From a virus: DNA of 64,000 nt. The translations under genes and the position numbers were made by a program. The notes beneath the pieces are model-generated. The model ran no database searches. It was not told the origin of the DNA and saw nothing but the letters and a program-made list of their open reading frames with translations. Every line of letters begins with the position of its first letter. Positions within the stretch are counted from its first letter, which is position 1. Location: positions 64,001-128,000 of the IMG/VR virus record IMGVR_UViG_3300021963_004854, one strand, 5' to 3'. Shown here in pieces: positions 1-10,540 of this stretch.

Positions 1-1470
1 CTAGGCTATGGCAACAACTTACAAGTTGTTCGTGCCGTTCCAGAAGATGCTGAAAACGCAACTTCCGATGGCAATGGTATCTTCATACCAAATGAAGAAA
101 GCTATCTAGCAGTAAATGCTAGTGGCGATAACGGCGAAGGCGTATTTGCAGCCAAGCATCCAGGTGCTTTCGGTAACGGTCTGACCATTGAAATGGCAGA
201 CAACAATACCTTTACTGGCTGGGATTATGCTGGCGAATTTTCAAAAGCCCCAGGTACATCAGGTTATGCTGATACGGCTGATGCAGTAGACGACGAACTA
301 CACATTGTTGTTGTCGATACTCGCGGCGTTTTCAGTGGCGTAAAAGGTACTATTCTAGAAAAGTTTGCTTTCGTTTCTAAGGCATCGGATGCTAAGAATT
401 CGGACGGCTCTTCTAACTACTACAAGAACGTTCTGAATGCTCAGTCAAAGTATGTTTGGTGGTTAGACCATCCAGCAGATGGCGATAACTGGGGTTCTGT
501 AGCAAGCGGCGTAGTAGATGGTCAATTCGACAATCTTAACAGCCGCGTTGTGAACACTCTCGGTGGTGGATCAGATGGCACAGAAGCACCAGTTGCTGGT
601 GATATCACAGCTGGTTATGCGTTGTTCAAGAATAAAGAACTTTATGACGTATCTCTGATCATCACTGGTGGTCATGGCTCAGTTGTTCAACAATATTGCA
701 TTGACGATATTGCTCTAGACCGCCTAGACTGTGTAGTGTTCCTTTCACCAGATCTCGCATCTGTTCTAAACAATTCAAATGATGCGGCCGCGGACGTTGT
801 TGCATACAGAACAACCACAGTAAATCGTGACACATCTTATGCTGTCATGGATTCTGGCTGGAAAGTTCAATATGACCGCTACAATGATGCATACGTTAAC
901 ATTCCTCTGAACCCAGATACAGCTGGTCTTTGCGCCCGCACTGACAGAACGAATGATGCATGGTGGTCACCTGCTGGTCTGAACCGTGGTCAAATTAAGA
1001 ATATTGTAAAACTTCTTTGGTCGCCAAATCAAGCCGAGCGTGACGAATTGTATAAGAATGCAGTTAATCCTGTTGTTACCTTCCCAGGTCAAGGCACTGT
1101 TCTTTATGGTGATAAGACCCTTCGTTCTAAGCCATCTGCATTCGACCGCATCAATGTTCGTCGTCTGTTTATCGTGCTTGAGAAGGCAATTGCAACCGCT
1201 GCTAAGTATCAACTGTTCGAATTCAACGATGTATTCACTCGTTCGCAGTTCCGTTCGCTAGTCGAACCATTCCTGCGTGACGTTCGTGGTCGTCGCGGCA
1301 TCTATGACTTCCGCGTTGTTTGCGATGAAACAAACAACACCGGGGAAGTAATCGACCGTAATGAATTCGTTGCTGATATCTACATCAAGCCAGCGAAGTC
1401 GATCAACTTCATTTACCTAAACTTCATCGCGACCCGCACAAGCGTTTCGTTCGAAGAAGTTGGTGCCTAA
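1..1470 (+). CDS. gp18: Tail sheath protein (5'-truncated by window edge)
   Basis: Open from base 1 (LGYGNNLQVVRA); C-terminal WWSPAGLNRG, LYGDKT, FDRINVRRLF, FEFND motifs of T4 gp18. Confidence 0.97.
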   Translation, partial: LGYGNNLQVVRAVPEDAENATSDGNGIFIPNEESYLAVNASGDNGEGVFAAKHPGAFGNGLTIEMADNNTFTGWDYAGEFSKAPGTSGYADTADAVDDELHIVVVDTRGVFSGVKGTILEKFAFVSKASDAKNSDGSSNYYKNVLNAQSKYVWWLDHPADGDNWGSVASGVVDGQFDNLNSRVVNTLGGGSDGTEAPVAGDITAGYALFKNKELYDVSLIITGGHGSVVQQYCIDDIALDRLDCVVFLSPDLASVLNNSNDAAADVVAYRTTTVNRDTSYAVMDSGWKVQYDRYNDAYVNIPLNPDTAGLCARTDRTNDAWWSPAGLNRGQIKNIVKLLWSPNQAERDELYKNAVNPVVTFPGQGTVLYGDKTLRSKPSAFDRINVRRLFIVLEKAIATAAKYQLFEFNDVFTRSQFRSLVEPFLRDVRGRRGIYDFRVVCDETNNTGEVIDRNEFVADIYIKPAKSINFIYLNFIATRTSVSFEEVGA

Positions 1471-1506
1471 TAACCCGAATAAATAAAATTATAGGAGAAA
1501 TCTAAT

Positions 1507-2040
1507 ATGGATATTTCAGCATTTAAGGGGTTACTAGGGGCTGGTGGTGCAAGACCAAACCAATTCAGAGTAACACTAAACACACCAGCAGGTGGTGGTG
1601 CCCTAGACCAGAAGTCTCTTCTGGTCACAGGTGCAGCAATGCCAGCATCAAACGTTAATCCAACAATCGTCCAATATCGTGGTCGTGAAGTCAAACTAGC
1701 TGGCGAACGTATCTTCGATCCGTGGACAGTTACGATTGTTAACGATTCCGAATTTTCACTCCATGCACCACTTATGCAGTGGATGAATTCGATTAATAAC
1801 GTTAATGACAATACCGGCGCTATTACTCCAAATGAGTATTATGCTCAGTTGGAAGTTGAACATCTTGATCGTAACGATTTCACAATCGCCAAGTATGTTC
1901 TTAGAGATGCTTTCCCAATTAACATTTCGGAAATCGCTCTAAACTACGGACAAAACGATGTGATTGAAGAATTCAGCGTTACGTTCCAATATCAAGATTA
2001 CGTCTACACTTCAAACAGCGGTTCTGTAGGGGCCGCTTAA
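1507..2040 (+). CDS. gp19: Tail tube protein
   Basis: GARPNQF, YRGREVKLAGER, WTVTIVND, IEEFSVTFQY; follows sheath; AGGAG SD. Confidence 0.95.
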   Translation: MDISAFKGLLGAGGARPNQFRVTLNTPAGGGALDQKSLLVTGAAMPASNVNPTIVQYRGREVKLAGERIFDPWTVTIVNDSEFSLHAPLMQWMNSINNVNDNTGAITPNEYYAQLEVEHLDRNDFTIAKYVLRDAFPINISEIALNYGQNDVIEEFSVTFQYQDYVYTSNSGSVGAA

Positions 2041-2058
2041 TTGAAAGACTTTTAAATA

Positions 2059-3633
2059 ATGGAAATTTTTGGTTATAAAATTGAGAGATCCATGGCGCCA
2101 CAGACAGAGAAATCGTTTGTGGCGCCAACGGACGATGGTGGCGTAGAAACTATCAGAGCCGGTGGCTATTATGGCACATACATCGATATCGATGGCACCG
2201 CAAATAATGAAGTAGAATTGATTCGTAAGTATCGTGAAATCGCAATGATGGCAGATATTGATACTGCTATCGATGATATTGTAAACGATTCTATTGCAAA
2301 CTTAGATGACGAAGCACCAGTAAAGATTGATCTGGATGACGTTGAACTTTCACAGAATATCAAGAAATTAGTTCAGGAAGAATTCCAAACTATTCTTAAT
2401 ATGCTTGATTTTAATCTAAGAGCGCAAGATTACTTTAGACATTGGTATATCGACGGAAGACTATTCTTTCACAAGGTTGTTGATACTGCAAATCTAAAGA
2501 AGGGTCTAGCTGATATACGCTATATCGACCCAAGAAAAATTAAGAAGATGAGAGAGATCCTAAAAGAAAAGGATCCAAAAACTGGCGTAGAGTTTATTAA
2601 AGAAATCAAAGAATACTTTGTCTATAATGACAGAGGTCTTGTTCCTAATAAAACTTTTACACCAGCCGCATCACTCTCTTCTACTGCCGGTGCAACAATG
2701 CGCATCGAAAAGGATTCTATCTGCTTTGTTCCTTCTGGCTTGAAGGACATGGACAGAAACATGCCGCTTTCTTATTTGCACAAGGCTATTCGCCCAGCAA
2801 ATCAGTTGCGTATGATGGAAAATGCCGCAGTCATCTATCGTATCACTAGAGCACCAGAGCGCCGCGTATTCTATGTTGACGTTGGTAATCTTCCAAAGAT
2901 TAAAGCCGAACAGTATCTCAAGGGTATTATGAACCAGTATCGTAACAAGGTTGTTTACGATTCAAACACTGGTGAAATCCGCGACGATAAAAAGTTTATG
3001 TCAATGCTTGAAGATTTCTGGTTGCCACGCCGCGAAGGTGGTAGAGGCACACAGATTGAAACTCTACCTGGTGGTCAGGGTCTAGGCGAAATGGGAGACA
3101 TTGAATACTTCCAGCGCAAACTATATCAAGCGTTGAACGTTCCTATGTCAAGACTAGAACAACAGACTGGTCTAAACTTTGGTCGCGCCGCAGAAATTAA
3201 TAGAGACGAATGGAAATTTACCAAGTTCATTTCTAAACTGCGCCGCCGTTTCACACTTCTATTTGATGATCTACTAAAGACACAACTTATTCTCAAGGGC
3301 GTCATTACAGAGGCCGACTGGGAAAAGATGAAGTATGACATTAGATATGTTTTTGCAACCGATGCATTCTATACAGAATCCAAGGAACAGCAAATCCTAC
3401 AGTCAAGAGTTGAAATCTTGCAGGGTGTTGCACCGTTTATTGGCACAATGTATAGTAAAGAATATGTTCAAGAGAACATTCTTAAATTGTCGGATGACGA
3501 GATTAAAGAGATTAAAAAGCAAAATGATGCAAGTCCTCCTGAAGTTTCGCCGCCCGACTATTCACCACTAGAAGGCGAACCGCCAGCGGCGATTCAACAG
3601 CAAAACCAAGGACAAGATGATGGACAACAGTAA
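2059..3633 (+). CDS. gp20: Portal vertex protein
   Basis: WYIDGRL, YRITRAPERRVFYVDVGNLP, MLEDFWLPRREGGRGT. Confidence 0.98.
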   Translation: MEIFGYKIERSMAPQTEKSFVAPTDDGGVETIRAGGYYGTYIDIDGTANNEVELIRKYREIAMMADIDTAIDDIVNDSIANLDDEAPVKIDLDDVELSQNIKKLVQEEFQTILNMLDFNLRAQDYFRHWYIDGRLFFHKVVDTANLKKGLADIRYIDPRKIKKMREILKEKDPKTGVEFIKEIKEYFVYNDRGLVPNKTFTPAASLSSTAGATMRIEKDSICFVPSGLKDMDRNMPLSYLHKAIRPANQLRMMENAAVIYRITRAPERRVFYVDVGNLPKIKAEQYLKGIMNQYRNKVVYDSNTGEIRDDKKFMSMLEDFWLPRREGGRGTQIETLPGGQGLGEMGDIEYFQRKLYQALNVPMSRLEQQTGLNFGRAAEINRDEWKFTKFISKLRRRFTLLFDDLLKTQLILKGVITEADWEKMKYDIRYVFATDAFYTESKEQQILQSRVEILQGVAPFIGTMYSKEYVQENILKLSDDEIKEIKKQNDASPPEVSPPDYSPLEGEPPAAIQQQNQGQDDGQQ

Positions 3634-3868
3634 CATTAGTGACTTAATAAATAACATTGAAAACGGCACTTTTGCAGATGCCGAGCAAGTTTTTAATGAT
3701 ATTATGGATCTTAAAGCAGGCGAACATCTAGATAACATGCGACAAGATATGGCAAATAGTGTGTTTAACGATACGCCAGATGAAGAAGATTTCGACCACT
3801 ACGAAATCACCGATGAGAATGACCACGGCGACCAGGAAGAGATAGAGGGAACAGATGAAGACCTATAA
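3617..3868 (+). CDS. Small acidic prohead core protein (gp67-like position)
   Basis: Very acidic 83 aa, directly after portal as in T4 gp20-gp67. Confidence 0.6.
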   Translation: MMDNSNISDLINNIENGTFADAEQVFNDIMDLKAGEHLDNMRQDMANSVFNDTPDEEDFDHYEITDENDHGDQEEIEGTDEDL

Positions 3869-4313
3869 GCAACTTCAAGAGCGCATCAACATGGCGAAAG
3901 CCAAGATGGGTGATGTTATCAAGGACTTCCAGGATTCGGATGCTCCTCAATTCAAGGGCAAGTCGGCTGAAAAGCGCCGCCAGATGGCTATTGCTGCTAA
4001 GTTGTCAAACGAAGAAGTCGAACAGACCGACGAAGAGCTAAAGGGCGACCAACATAAGATTGACGCCAACAAGAATGGTAAGGTTGATGGACACGATTTT
4101 AAACTTCTTCGCTCTAAGAAGAAAGTTGAAGAGTCTTCTGATCTAAAACCATTCATCGTGGTTCACGCCAAGCATGGTAAATTTGAAACCCATGCAGGTT
4201 CTACATATGAAGCTGCTAAGAATGCCGCAGCACATTGGAAAACTAAAAAGGGTACTGCTGGCATGGATGTGCATCGTGCGGATATCACGCACTCAACACA
4301 ACACGTCGGCTAA
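3855..4313 (+). CDS. Putative internal head/prohead core protein
   Basis: MKTYKQLQE N-terminus resembling T4 internal-protein targeting sequence; EF-hand-like DANKNGKVDGHD; head gene cluster. Confidence 0.6.
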   Translation: MKTYKQLQERINMAKAKMGDVIKDFQDSDAPQFKGKSAEKRRQMAIAAKLSNEEVEQTDEELKGDQHKIDANKNGKVDGHDFKLLRSKKKVEESSDLKPFIVVHAKHGKFETHAGSTYEAAKNAAAHWKTKKGTAGMDVHRADITHSTQHVG

Positions 4314-4331
4314 AAGCAAAGGGAATAGCAA

Positions 4332-4721
4332 ATGGCAGCTACTGTTTCTGTCTTAAAATTAACACAAGTTCACGGGGTAGTAAAAGTCCGCGGCACTGGC
4401 GCTGGCACTATTGCTCTTGCTACAACCCTAAAGAAGTCAACTGAATCTGTTAGCACACCTAACGTTCATATTAAGTCAATCTATTATTCACTAGCAAGCG
4501 GTGCCTCTGCAACAATTGTTAGAAATAGCCAGACACTGTGGACATTAAACGATCAAGGTTCTGGATGGCTGGACTTTGCTGGGTGGTCAGACAATGAAGA
4601 AAGCACTTCCAATATTGTTGTTACATTCACTGGCGGTGATGGCACGGTAGTTTTAGAACTTACTAAGGTAGCTGGCTATGGTCCGCAGCAACATCAAGAC
4701 GCAGACGGGGATCTAGGCTAA
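4332..4721 (+). CDS. Hypothetical protein (head cluster)
   Basis: 129-aa ORF, stop overlaps gp21 start. Confidence 0.7.
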   Translation: MAATVSVLKLTQVHGVVKVRGTGAGTIALATTLKKSTESVSTPNVHIKSIYYSLASGASATIVRNSQTLWTLNDQGSGWLDFAGWSDNEESTSNIVVTFTGGDGTVVLELTKVAGYGPQQHQDADGDLG

Positions 4722-5377
4722 TGAAACTTATCACAGAAGTAAACGAACAAGTTCGTTACATCACAGAAGAAAAGAATGGTAAAAAAGCACTCTATATCGA
4801 GGGCGTTTTTCTGCAATCAAATTTAAAGAACCGTAATGGTCGTATGTATCCTGCTGAAATCATGGAGAAAGAAATTTCTCGTTACATGAAAGAAGCGGTT
4901 GAGAACAACAGAGCATTCGGCGAACTAGGACACCCAGATGGTCCATCGATCAATCTGGATCGTGTATCGCATATCATCACAGAACTTCGCCGCGATGGTG
5001 ACAACTGGGTAGGTAAAGCGAAACTCACTGAAACACCAATGGGCAATATCGCTCGTGGTCTAATTGAGTCTGGTGGTCAACTTGGCGTTTCGTCAAGAGG
5101 CCTCGGTACTTTGAAGGAAAACAGAGACGGTGTTCAAGTTGTGCAAGATGACTTCCATCTAGCAACAGCGGCTGATATCGTAGCTGACCCCTCAGCACCA
5201 GATGCTTTCGTTCGTGGCATCATGGAAAATAAAGAATGGGTAGTTGTGAATGGTGTTTGGACCGAACAGCATTGCGATATGTCCAAAAAGTATATTAAGA
5301 AAGCAAGTAAGAAACAACTCGAAGAAGCAAAACTGCATGTCTTTGAACGTTTCTTGCGTCATCTTTCTTCAAAGTAA
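4721..5377 (+). CDS. gp21: Prohead core protease
   Basis: MKLITE, NRNGRMYP, GELGHP, GVSSRGLG, DIVADPSAPDAFV. Confidence 0.97.
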   Translation: MKLITEVNEQVRYITEEKNGKKALYIEGVFLQSNLKNRNGRMYPAEIMEKEISRYMKEAVENNRAFGELGHPDGPSINLDRVSHIITELRRDGDNWVGKAKLTETPMGNIARGLIESGGQLGVSSRGLGTLKENRDGVQVVQDDFHLATAADIVADPSAPDAFVRGIMENKEWVVVNGVWTEQHCDMSKKYIKKASKKQLEEAKLHVFERFLRHLSSK

Positions 5378-5383
5378 TATTTT

Positions 5384-5391
5384 TATAAATA
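5384..5391 (+). promoter_or_regulatory. T4-type late promoter TATAAATA (gp22)
   Basis: Exact gp55 consensus upstream of scaffold gene. Confidence 0.85.
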
Positions 5392-5420
5392 AAATATAAA
5401 AATCCATTTAGGAGACGCAA

Positions 5421-6575
5421 ATGAGTGTAGAAAACAAAATCAGAGAGTTGCTGACTAAGAAGCAACTATCCGAAGAAGTTCTAGACGAAAAGGTTGCTGG
5501 AGACACAACCAACCCTAAGCAGGGTTCGTCAGAAGATGCTTCGCCTGAGGGCGAAATGGGTGCATCGAAGGGCAAAGATACTTCGATTCCAGGTAAGGTA
5601 GCGGGCGATCAAACTCAGCCTCGTCAAGGTTCATCGCAAGATGCAACAATTTCAGGCGAACGTGACGACGATACAGCAAATCCAGGTGCAAAAGAATCAT
5701 CATCTCTCAAGGTTGATGATCTAATGTCACATACTGGTACTGTTGGTGCTGCACCTAATTTCGTAACCCACAGCGATCCTGCTTCTGTAGTTAACCAACC
5801 TTCATCGAAGGGCAATGTAGCTCAGGAAGAAACAGAGGAAGATGGCGAAATGATCGAAGAAGATTTCACCGCTGATCTAGCAACACTGTTCGATGGTAAC
5901 GAAGAGCTATCAGAAGAATTTCGTGGCAAGGCTTCGTCGTTGTTTGAAGCGATGGTAACTGCCCGCGTAGCCAATCAAGTTCAAAGCATCGAAGAAAGCC
6001 TAATTTCAGAAGCGGCTGAATTGATGGAAGAATTTAAGGCTGACTTGACCGAGAAGGTCGATTCATATCTTAGCTATGTAATTGAAAAGTGGGTTGAAGA
6101 CAACCAACTGGCTGTCGATAATGGTCTCCGCAATGATATTGCAGAGTCGTTCATCAATGGCATGAAGAACCTGTTCGCAGAACATTATATCGATGTTCCC
6201 GAAGAGAAATATGATGTGCTTGGTGAAATGCAAGGCCAGATCGAAGAACTTTCGGCTAAGCTGGACGAGCAAATTGCTGCAAATGTAGAACTGCACAATA
6301 ACAATGTAGAACTAATGAAAGAAGGCGTTTTCGCCGTTGTTGCTGAGGACCTTGCTAAGACCGATGCAGAGAAGTTCAAGTCATTGGTGGCTGATGTAGA
6401 ATTCGAGAATGCAGGCATTTTTGAAGAAAAGTTAAACGTTATCAAGGAAAATTATTTCCCAGCTTCTAAGTCTACCATTGTGGAAGACAAGCTAGAAGAC
6501 GAAGGCGTTGAACTAGTAGACGAATCGACAGTCAATAAGTATGTTGAAGCACTCAACAAAATGGCTCAAAAGTAA
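5421..6575 (+). CDS. gp22: Prohead core scaffold protein
   Basis: Acidic coiled coil; LSEEF...FEA, KVDSYLSY, LFAEHYIDVPEEK; between gp21 and gp23; tandem KVAGD..QGSS.DA repeat near N-terminus. Confidence 0.93.
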   Translation: MSVENKIRELLTKKQLSEEVLDEKVAGDTTNPKQGSSEDASPEGEMGASKGKDTSIPGKVAGDQTQPRQGSSQDATISGERDDDTANPGAKESSSLKVDDLMSHTGTVGAAPNFVTHSDPASVVNQPSSKGNVAQEETEEDGEMIEEDFTADLATLFDGNEELSEEFRGKASSLFEAMVTARVANQVQSIEESLISEAAELMEEFKADLTEKVDSYLSYVIEKWVEDNQLAVDNGLRNDIAESFINGMKNLFAEHYIDVPEEKYDVLGEMQGQIEELSAKLDEQIAANVELHNNNVELMKEGVFAVVAEDLAKTDAEKFKSLVADVEFENAGIFEEKLNVIKENYFPASKSTIVEDKLEDEGVELVDESTVNKYVEALNKMAQK

Positions 6576-6580
6576 TTTTT

Positions 6581-6588
6581 TATAAATA
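6581..6588 (+). promoter_or_regulatory. T4-type late promoter TATAAATA (gp23)
   Basis: Exact consensus 30 nt before capsid start. Confidence 0.85.
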
Positions 6589-6618
6589 AAAGATATTGAA
6601 ACTCAAGGAGAAAACTAA

Positions 6619-7917
6619 ATGTTTCTTTCAGAATCACTACAAAAGAAGTGGGAACCAGTTCTAAATCATGAAGGTCTCGGCGCAATTGCTGACCCTTACA
6701 AGCGTTCGGTTACCGCAGTCGTTCTCGAAAACCAAGAAAAAGCACTACGCGAAGAAAAGGCTGCCCTTTTCGAAGACGCACCAGCAAATAACATTGCCGG
6801 TTCGGGTGCAGCAAACATCGACCGTTATGACCCAATCCTCATCTCGCTCGTTCGCCGCGCTCTTCCAAACCTGATGGCTTATGATGTTGCTGGCGTTCAG
6901 CCAATGACAGGTCCAACAGGCTTGATCTTCGCTATGAAGTCGCGCTATAGCACACAAGATGGTGCAGAAGCTCTCTTCAACGAAGCAGATACCGATTTCT
7001 CGGGTGACGCAAACGGCGCATCACACGACGGTTCGAACCCAGTTGATGGTACTTACACAACTGGTGTTGCAATGCCAACATCAACCGCAGAAGCTCTTGG
7101 CACTGACAACGGTGAATCGTTCGGCGAAATGGCATTCTCAATCGAGAAGACAACTGTTACTGCTAAGACACGCGCTCTAAAGGCAGAATACACAGTTGAA
7201 CTTGCACAGGATCTCAAGGCTATTCACGGTCTTGATGCTGAATCAGAACTCAGCAACATCCTTTCGCAAGAAATTCTTGCTGAAATCAACCGCGAAGTTA
7301 TTCGCACAATCTACAAGGTAGCTAAGACAGGTTCGGCTTCGACCGCAACTGCTGGTACTTTCGACCTTGACGTTGACTCAAACGGTCGTTGGAGCGTAGA
7401 ACGCTTCAAGGGTCTTCTGTTCAACATTGAACGTGACGCTAACGTAATCGCTCAAGATACCCGCCGTGGTAAGGGTAACTTCATCATCTGTTCGTCGGAC
7501 GTTGCCGCTGCTCTTGCAATGGCAGGTGTTCTTGACACAGGCCGCGCTCTACAGGGTTCGCCTGACCTGAACGTTGATGACACTGGCAACACATTTGCTG
7601 GTACTCTAAACGGTCGTTATAAGGTTTATGTTGATCCTTACTCAGCCAACACCGGCGCTGCTAGCCAGTTCTACGTTGTTGGTTATAAGGGTGCCAACGC
7701 TTATGACGCTGGTCTCTTCTACTGCCCATACGTTCCACTACAAATGGTTCGTGCTATCGATCCTAACAGCTTCCAGCCAAAGATTGGCTTCAAGACACGT
7801 TACGGCATGATTGCTAACCCATTCGTAACACAGTCGAACGGCACAACTGACGGTGATACATTCACTGCCAACCGCAACCAATACTATCGTCGCGTTAAGG
7901 TTACTAACCTTATGTAA
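6619..7917 (+). CDS. gp23: Major capsid protein
   Basis: GVQPMTGPTGLIFAM, ELAQDLKAIHGLDAE, FQPKIGFKTRYG. Confidence 0.99.
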   Translation: MFLSESLQKKWEPVLNHEGLGAIADPYKRSVTAVVLENQEKALREEKAALFEDAPANNIAGSGAANIDRYDPILISLVRRALPNLMAYDVAGVQPMTGPTGLIFAMKSRYSTQDGAEALFNEADTDFSGDANGASHDGSNPVDGTYTTGVAMPTSTAEALGTDNGESFGEMAFSIEKTTVTAKTRALKAEYTVELAQDLKAIHGLDAESELSNILSQEILAEINREVIRTIYKVAKTGSASTATAGTFDLDVDSNGRWSVERFKGLLFNIERDANVIAQDTRRGKGNFIICSSDVAAALAMAGVLDTGRALQGSPDLNVDDTGNTFAGTLNGRYKVYVDPYSANTGAASQFYVVGYKGANAYDAGLFYCPYVPLQMVRAIDPNSFQPKIGFKTRYGMIANPFVTQSNGTTDGDTFTANRNQYYRRVKVTNLM

Positions 7918-7955
7918 TCGATACCTTCCCATTAGAGGAAGGGTTGCAAGAAACT

Positions 7956-7984
7956 GGGGGGAGCAGAAATGCTCTCCCCTTTTT
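7956..7984 (+). terminator. Rho-independent terminator after gp23
   Basis: GGGGGGAGCA-GAAA-TGCTCTCCCC stem followed by T-run; a second hairpin CCTTCC/GGAAGG at 7924-7942 precedes it. Confidence 0.85.
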
Positions 7985-7987
7985 CGT

Positions 7988-7995
7988 TATAAATA
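7988..7995 (+). promoter_or_regulatory. T4-type late promoter TATAAATA (gp3)
   Basis: Exact consensus immediately after terminator. Confidence 0.8.
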
Positions 7996-8013
7996 TTGCA
8001 TAAGGAGACACTC

Positions 8014-8598
8014 ATGGTATTAAAAACAGAATTAGGAGTGACAGAAGCTAACTGGGTAAATCAACAACCCAGCGATCTTGATTATCTAAAGCCTAATGGT
8101 TTCAAGTTTCAAATTCACAATCTACCCAATGTGTCATACTTTTGTCAGGCAGCAAACATACCTGCAATTCAAATTGGCTCACCTTCATTGGAAACGCCAC
8201 TGTCAAGAATACCTGTTCCTGGCGATAAACTAGGATACGGTGATTTGGTAATAAGATTTCTCGTTCAAGAAAATATGAGAAACTATATCGAACTCTATAA
8301 CTGGCTAATTGGATTAGGGTTTCCAAACAATCATGATGAATATAGAAGATGGAATGATTCTCAGAGATATAGATTCCCCGCGGTACCAGAAAAAAGATTG
8401 GGCGACTTAGGAAATTTCTCAGATGCAGATTTCTTCATTCTAGATTCCGACAATAATCCTAATGTCAAGATTACATATTATGACGTATTTCCTATAAGTC
8501 TAGAAGGTCTTGACTTTGATATTAGCACAGGTCGTGCCGATTTCTTACAGGGTATTGCAGCATTTAAATATAGACATTACGACATTACGGTTCTATAA
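8014..8598 (+). CDS. gp3: Tail completion / sheath stabiliser
   Basis: YLKPNGFKF, YFCQAANIP, PGDKLGYGDL, FPISL; ATG at 8014 with AAGGAG SD. Confidence 0.9.
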   Translation: MVLKTELGVTEANWVNQQPSDLDYLKPNGFKFQIHNLPNVSYFCQAANIPAIQIGSPSLETPLSRIPVPGDKLGYGDLVIRFLVQENMRNYIELYNWLIGLGFPNNHDEYRRWNDSQRYRFPAVPEKRLGDLGNFSDADFFILDSDNNPNVKITYYDVFPISLEGLDFDISTGRADFLQGIAAFKYRHYDITVL

Positions 8599-8621
8599 TA
8601 TTATTTTTAATTGAGGTTATT

Positions 8622-9062
8622 ATGAAATTATCAGAAGTCCAAGAAATGTGGACAAGTGACTCTAAGATTGATGAATTAAATCTGGGTCGAGAGTCCACAA
8701 AAACACCAGAACTTCACGCTAAGTATCTAAACATTTTATCCAATACTAAACTGCAATTGCGAAAAGCAGAAGCAGATTATTATCGTATGCGCAGAGATAA
8801 AGCAAAATACTTGCGCGGTGAGATGAGCCATGATGAGTTACAAGAACGTGGCTGGGACCAGTATCAAGGTCTAAAGCCATTGAAGCATGATATGGAAGAT
8901 CGTATCAATTGCGATGAAGATATCATTCGGTCAATGGACAAGGTAGAATATGTCAAAGCCATGCTCTATCAATTAGAGCAAATTATACGCTCACTAAATA
9001 GTAGAACATGGGACATTAAGAATGCCATTGAGTGGACTAAATTTACAAACGGGTTGATGTGA
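8622..9062 (+). CDS. uvsY: Recombination mediator UvsY
   Basis: DSKID...TPELHAKYL; RTWDIKNAIEWTKF. Confidence 0.92.
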   Translation: MKLSEVQEMWTSDSKIDELNLGRESTKTPELHAKYLNILSNTKLQLRKAEADYYRMRRDKAKYLRGEMSHDELQERGWDQYQGLKPLKHDMEDRINCDEDIIRSMDKVEYVKAMLYQLEQIIRSLNSRTWDIKNAIEWTKFTNGLM

Positions 9063-10540
9063 GTGATCTAAAAGTTTCCAAGAAAAATGAAGTGCATCTG
9101 ACGGTCGATTGTGACCCAGGAATTGCACAAGAACTAAATGATTACTTCACCTTTGAAGTCCCGGGCGCACGTTTCATGCCAACGTATCGCGCTAAACTTT
9201 GGGACGGCAAAGCAAGACTGTTCAATATCTGGACAAAAGAACTCTACGTTGGCCTTTTACCTTATCTCAGAGAGTTTGCAGAAAGACTTGACTATTCAGT
9301 AGACGTTGATATAGAAAGAATTGGTGACCCAGTAACTATAGAGGATGTGCAGAAGTTCGCGGAATCGTTGAACTTGCATAGTCAAGATAAACCAATTGAG
9401 ACTAGAGACTACCAGCTAGAGGCAGTCAAGTATGCTATTCGCATCGGCCGCACGTTGCTACTATCGCCCACCGCATCTGGTAAGTCTCTCATCATCTATC
9501 TGCTAATGCGTTACCATCAACAGTTTGGTCGCAAACAACTTATCATTGTTCCTACCACTTCACTTGTTGAACAGATGTATAAGGACTTTCAAGACTACGC
9601 ATCACACACGGAATGGTATGCATCTCAGAATTGTGCCAGAATTTATGCTGGGCATGAGAAAACAAATGAAGCGCAGATTGTAATTTCCACTTGGCAGTCT
9701 ATCTACAAACTACCGAAAAAATTCTTTGATGAGTTTGATGTTATCTATGGTGACGAAGCGCACTTGTTCAAAGCAAAGTCGCTAACGTCTATCTTTGATA
9801 AATGTGTCAATACAAAGTTTCGCATCGGCACCACTGGGACGCTAGACGGAACGAAGACACACAAACTTATTCTTGAGGGTCTTTTTGGTAAAGTCAAGAA
9901 AGTAATTTCCACAAAGGAACTTATGGACCAAGGGTCCGTGGCCGATCTAGATATTCATTGTATCGTGCTAGACTATACCGATGAAGAAAAGAAAGTCATG
10001 AAGGATTACAATTACCAGCAAGAAATGGACTGGTTAGTTGCACACCCTAAACGAAACAATGTGATTAAAAATCTGGCTACGACTCAGAAGGGTAATACCC
10101 TAGTGTTGTTTCAATTCGTAGAAAAGCACGGCCAAGTTTTGTATGACTTAATCAATAATAAGGTTGGAGATACTCGCCAAGTTTTCTTTGTCCACGGTGG
10201 AACTGATACGCAACAGCGAGAAGCCATTAGAGATATTACGGAAAAAGAAAAAGACGCCATCATTATAGCGTCCTACGGCACGTTTTCAACGGGCATAAAT
10301 ATAAGAAATCTGCACAACGTCATCTTTGCATCACCTTCCAAATCGCGCATCCGAAATTTACAGTCGATTGGTAGAGGTCTTAGAAAAGGTACCGACAAAA
10401 CAGCATGTAAACTGTTTGATATCGGTGATGACCTAACATGGAAAAGTAGAAAAAATTATACACTATCTCATATGATAGAACGAATTAAAATTTACAATGA
10501 AGAAAGTTTTAATTATAAACTAGTAAGGATTCAGTTATGA
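9059..10540 (+). CDS. uvsW: DNA helicase UvsW
   Basis: SPTASGKS, DEAH, GTTGT, QSIGRGLR; WDGKARLF. Confidence 0.96.
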   Translation: MSDLKVSKKNEVHLTVDCDPGIAQELNDYFTFEVPGARFMPTYRAKLWDGKARLFNIWTKELYVGLLPYLREFAERLDYSVDVDIERIGDPVTIEDVQKFAESLNLHSQDKPIETRDYQLEAVKYAIRIGRTLLLSPTASGKSLIIYLLMRYHQQFGRKQLIIVPTTSLVEQMYKDFQDYASHTEWYASQNCARIYAGHEKTNEAQIVISTWQSIYKLPKKFFDEFDVIYGDEAHLFKAKSLTSIFDKCVNTKFRIGTTGTLDGTKTHKLILEGLFGKVKKVISTKELMDQGSVADLDIHCIVLDYTDEEKKVMKDYNYQQEMDWLVAHPKRNNVIKNLATTQKGNTLVLFQFVEKHGQVLYDLINNKVGDTRQVFFVHGGTDTQQREAIRDITEKEKDAIIIASYGTFSTGINIRNLHNVIFASPSKSRIRNLQSIGRGLRKGTDKTACKLFDIGDDLTWKSRKNYTLSHMIERIKIYNEESFNYKLVRIQL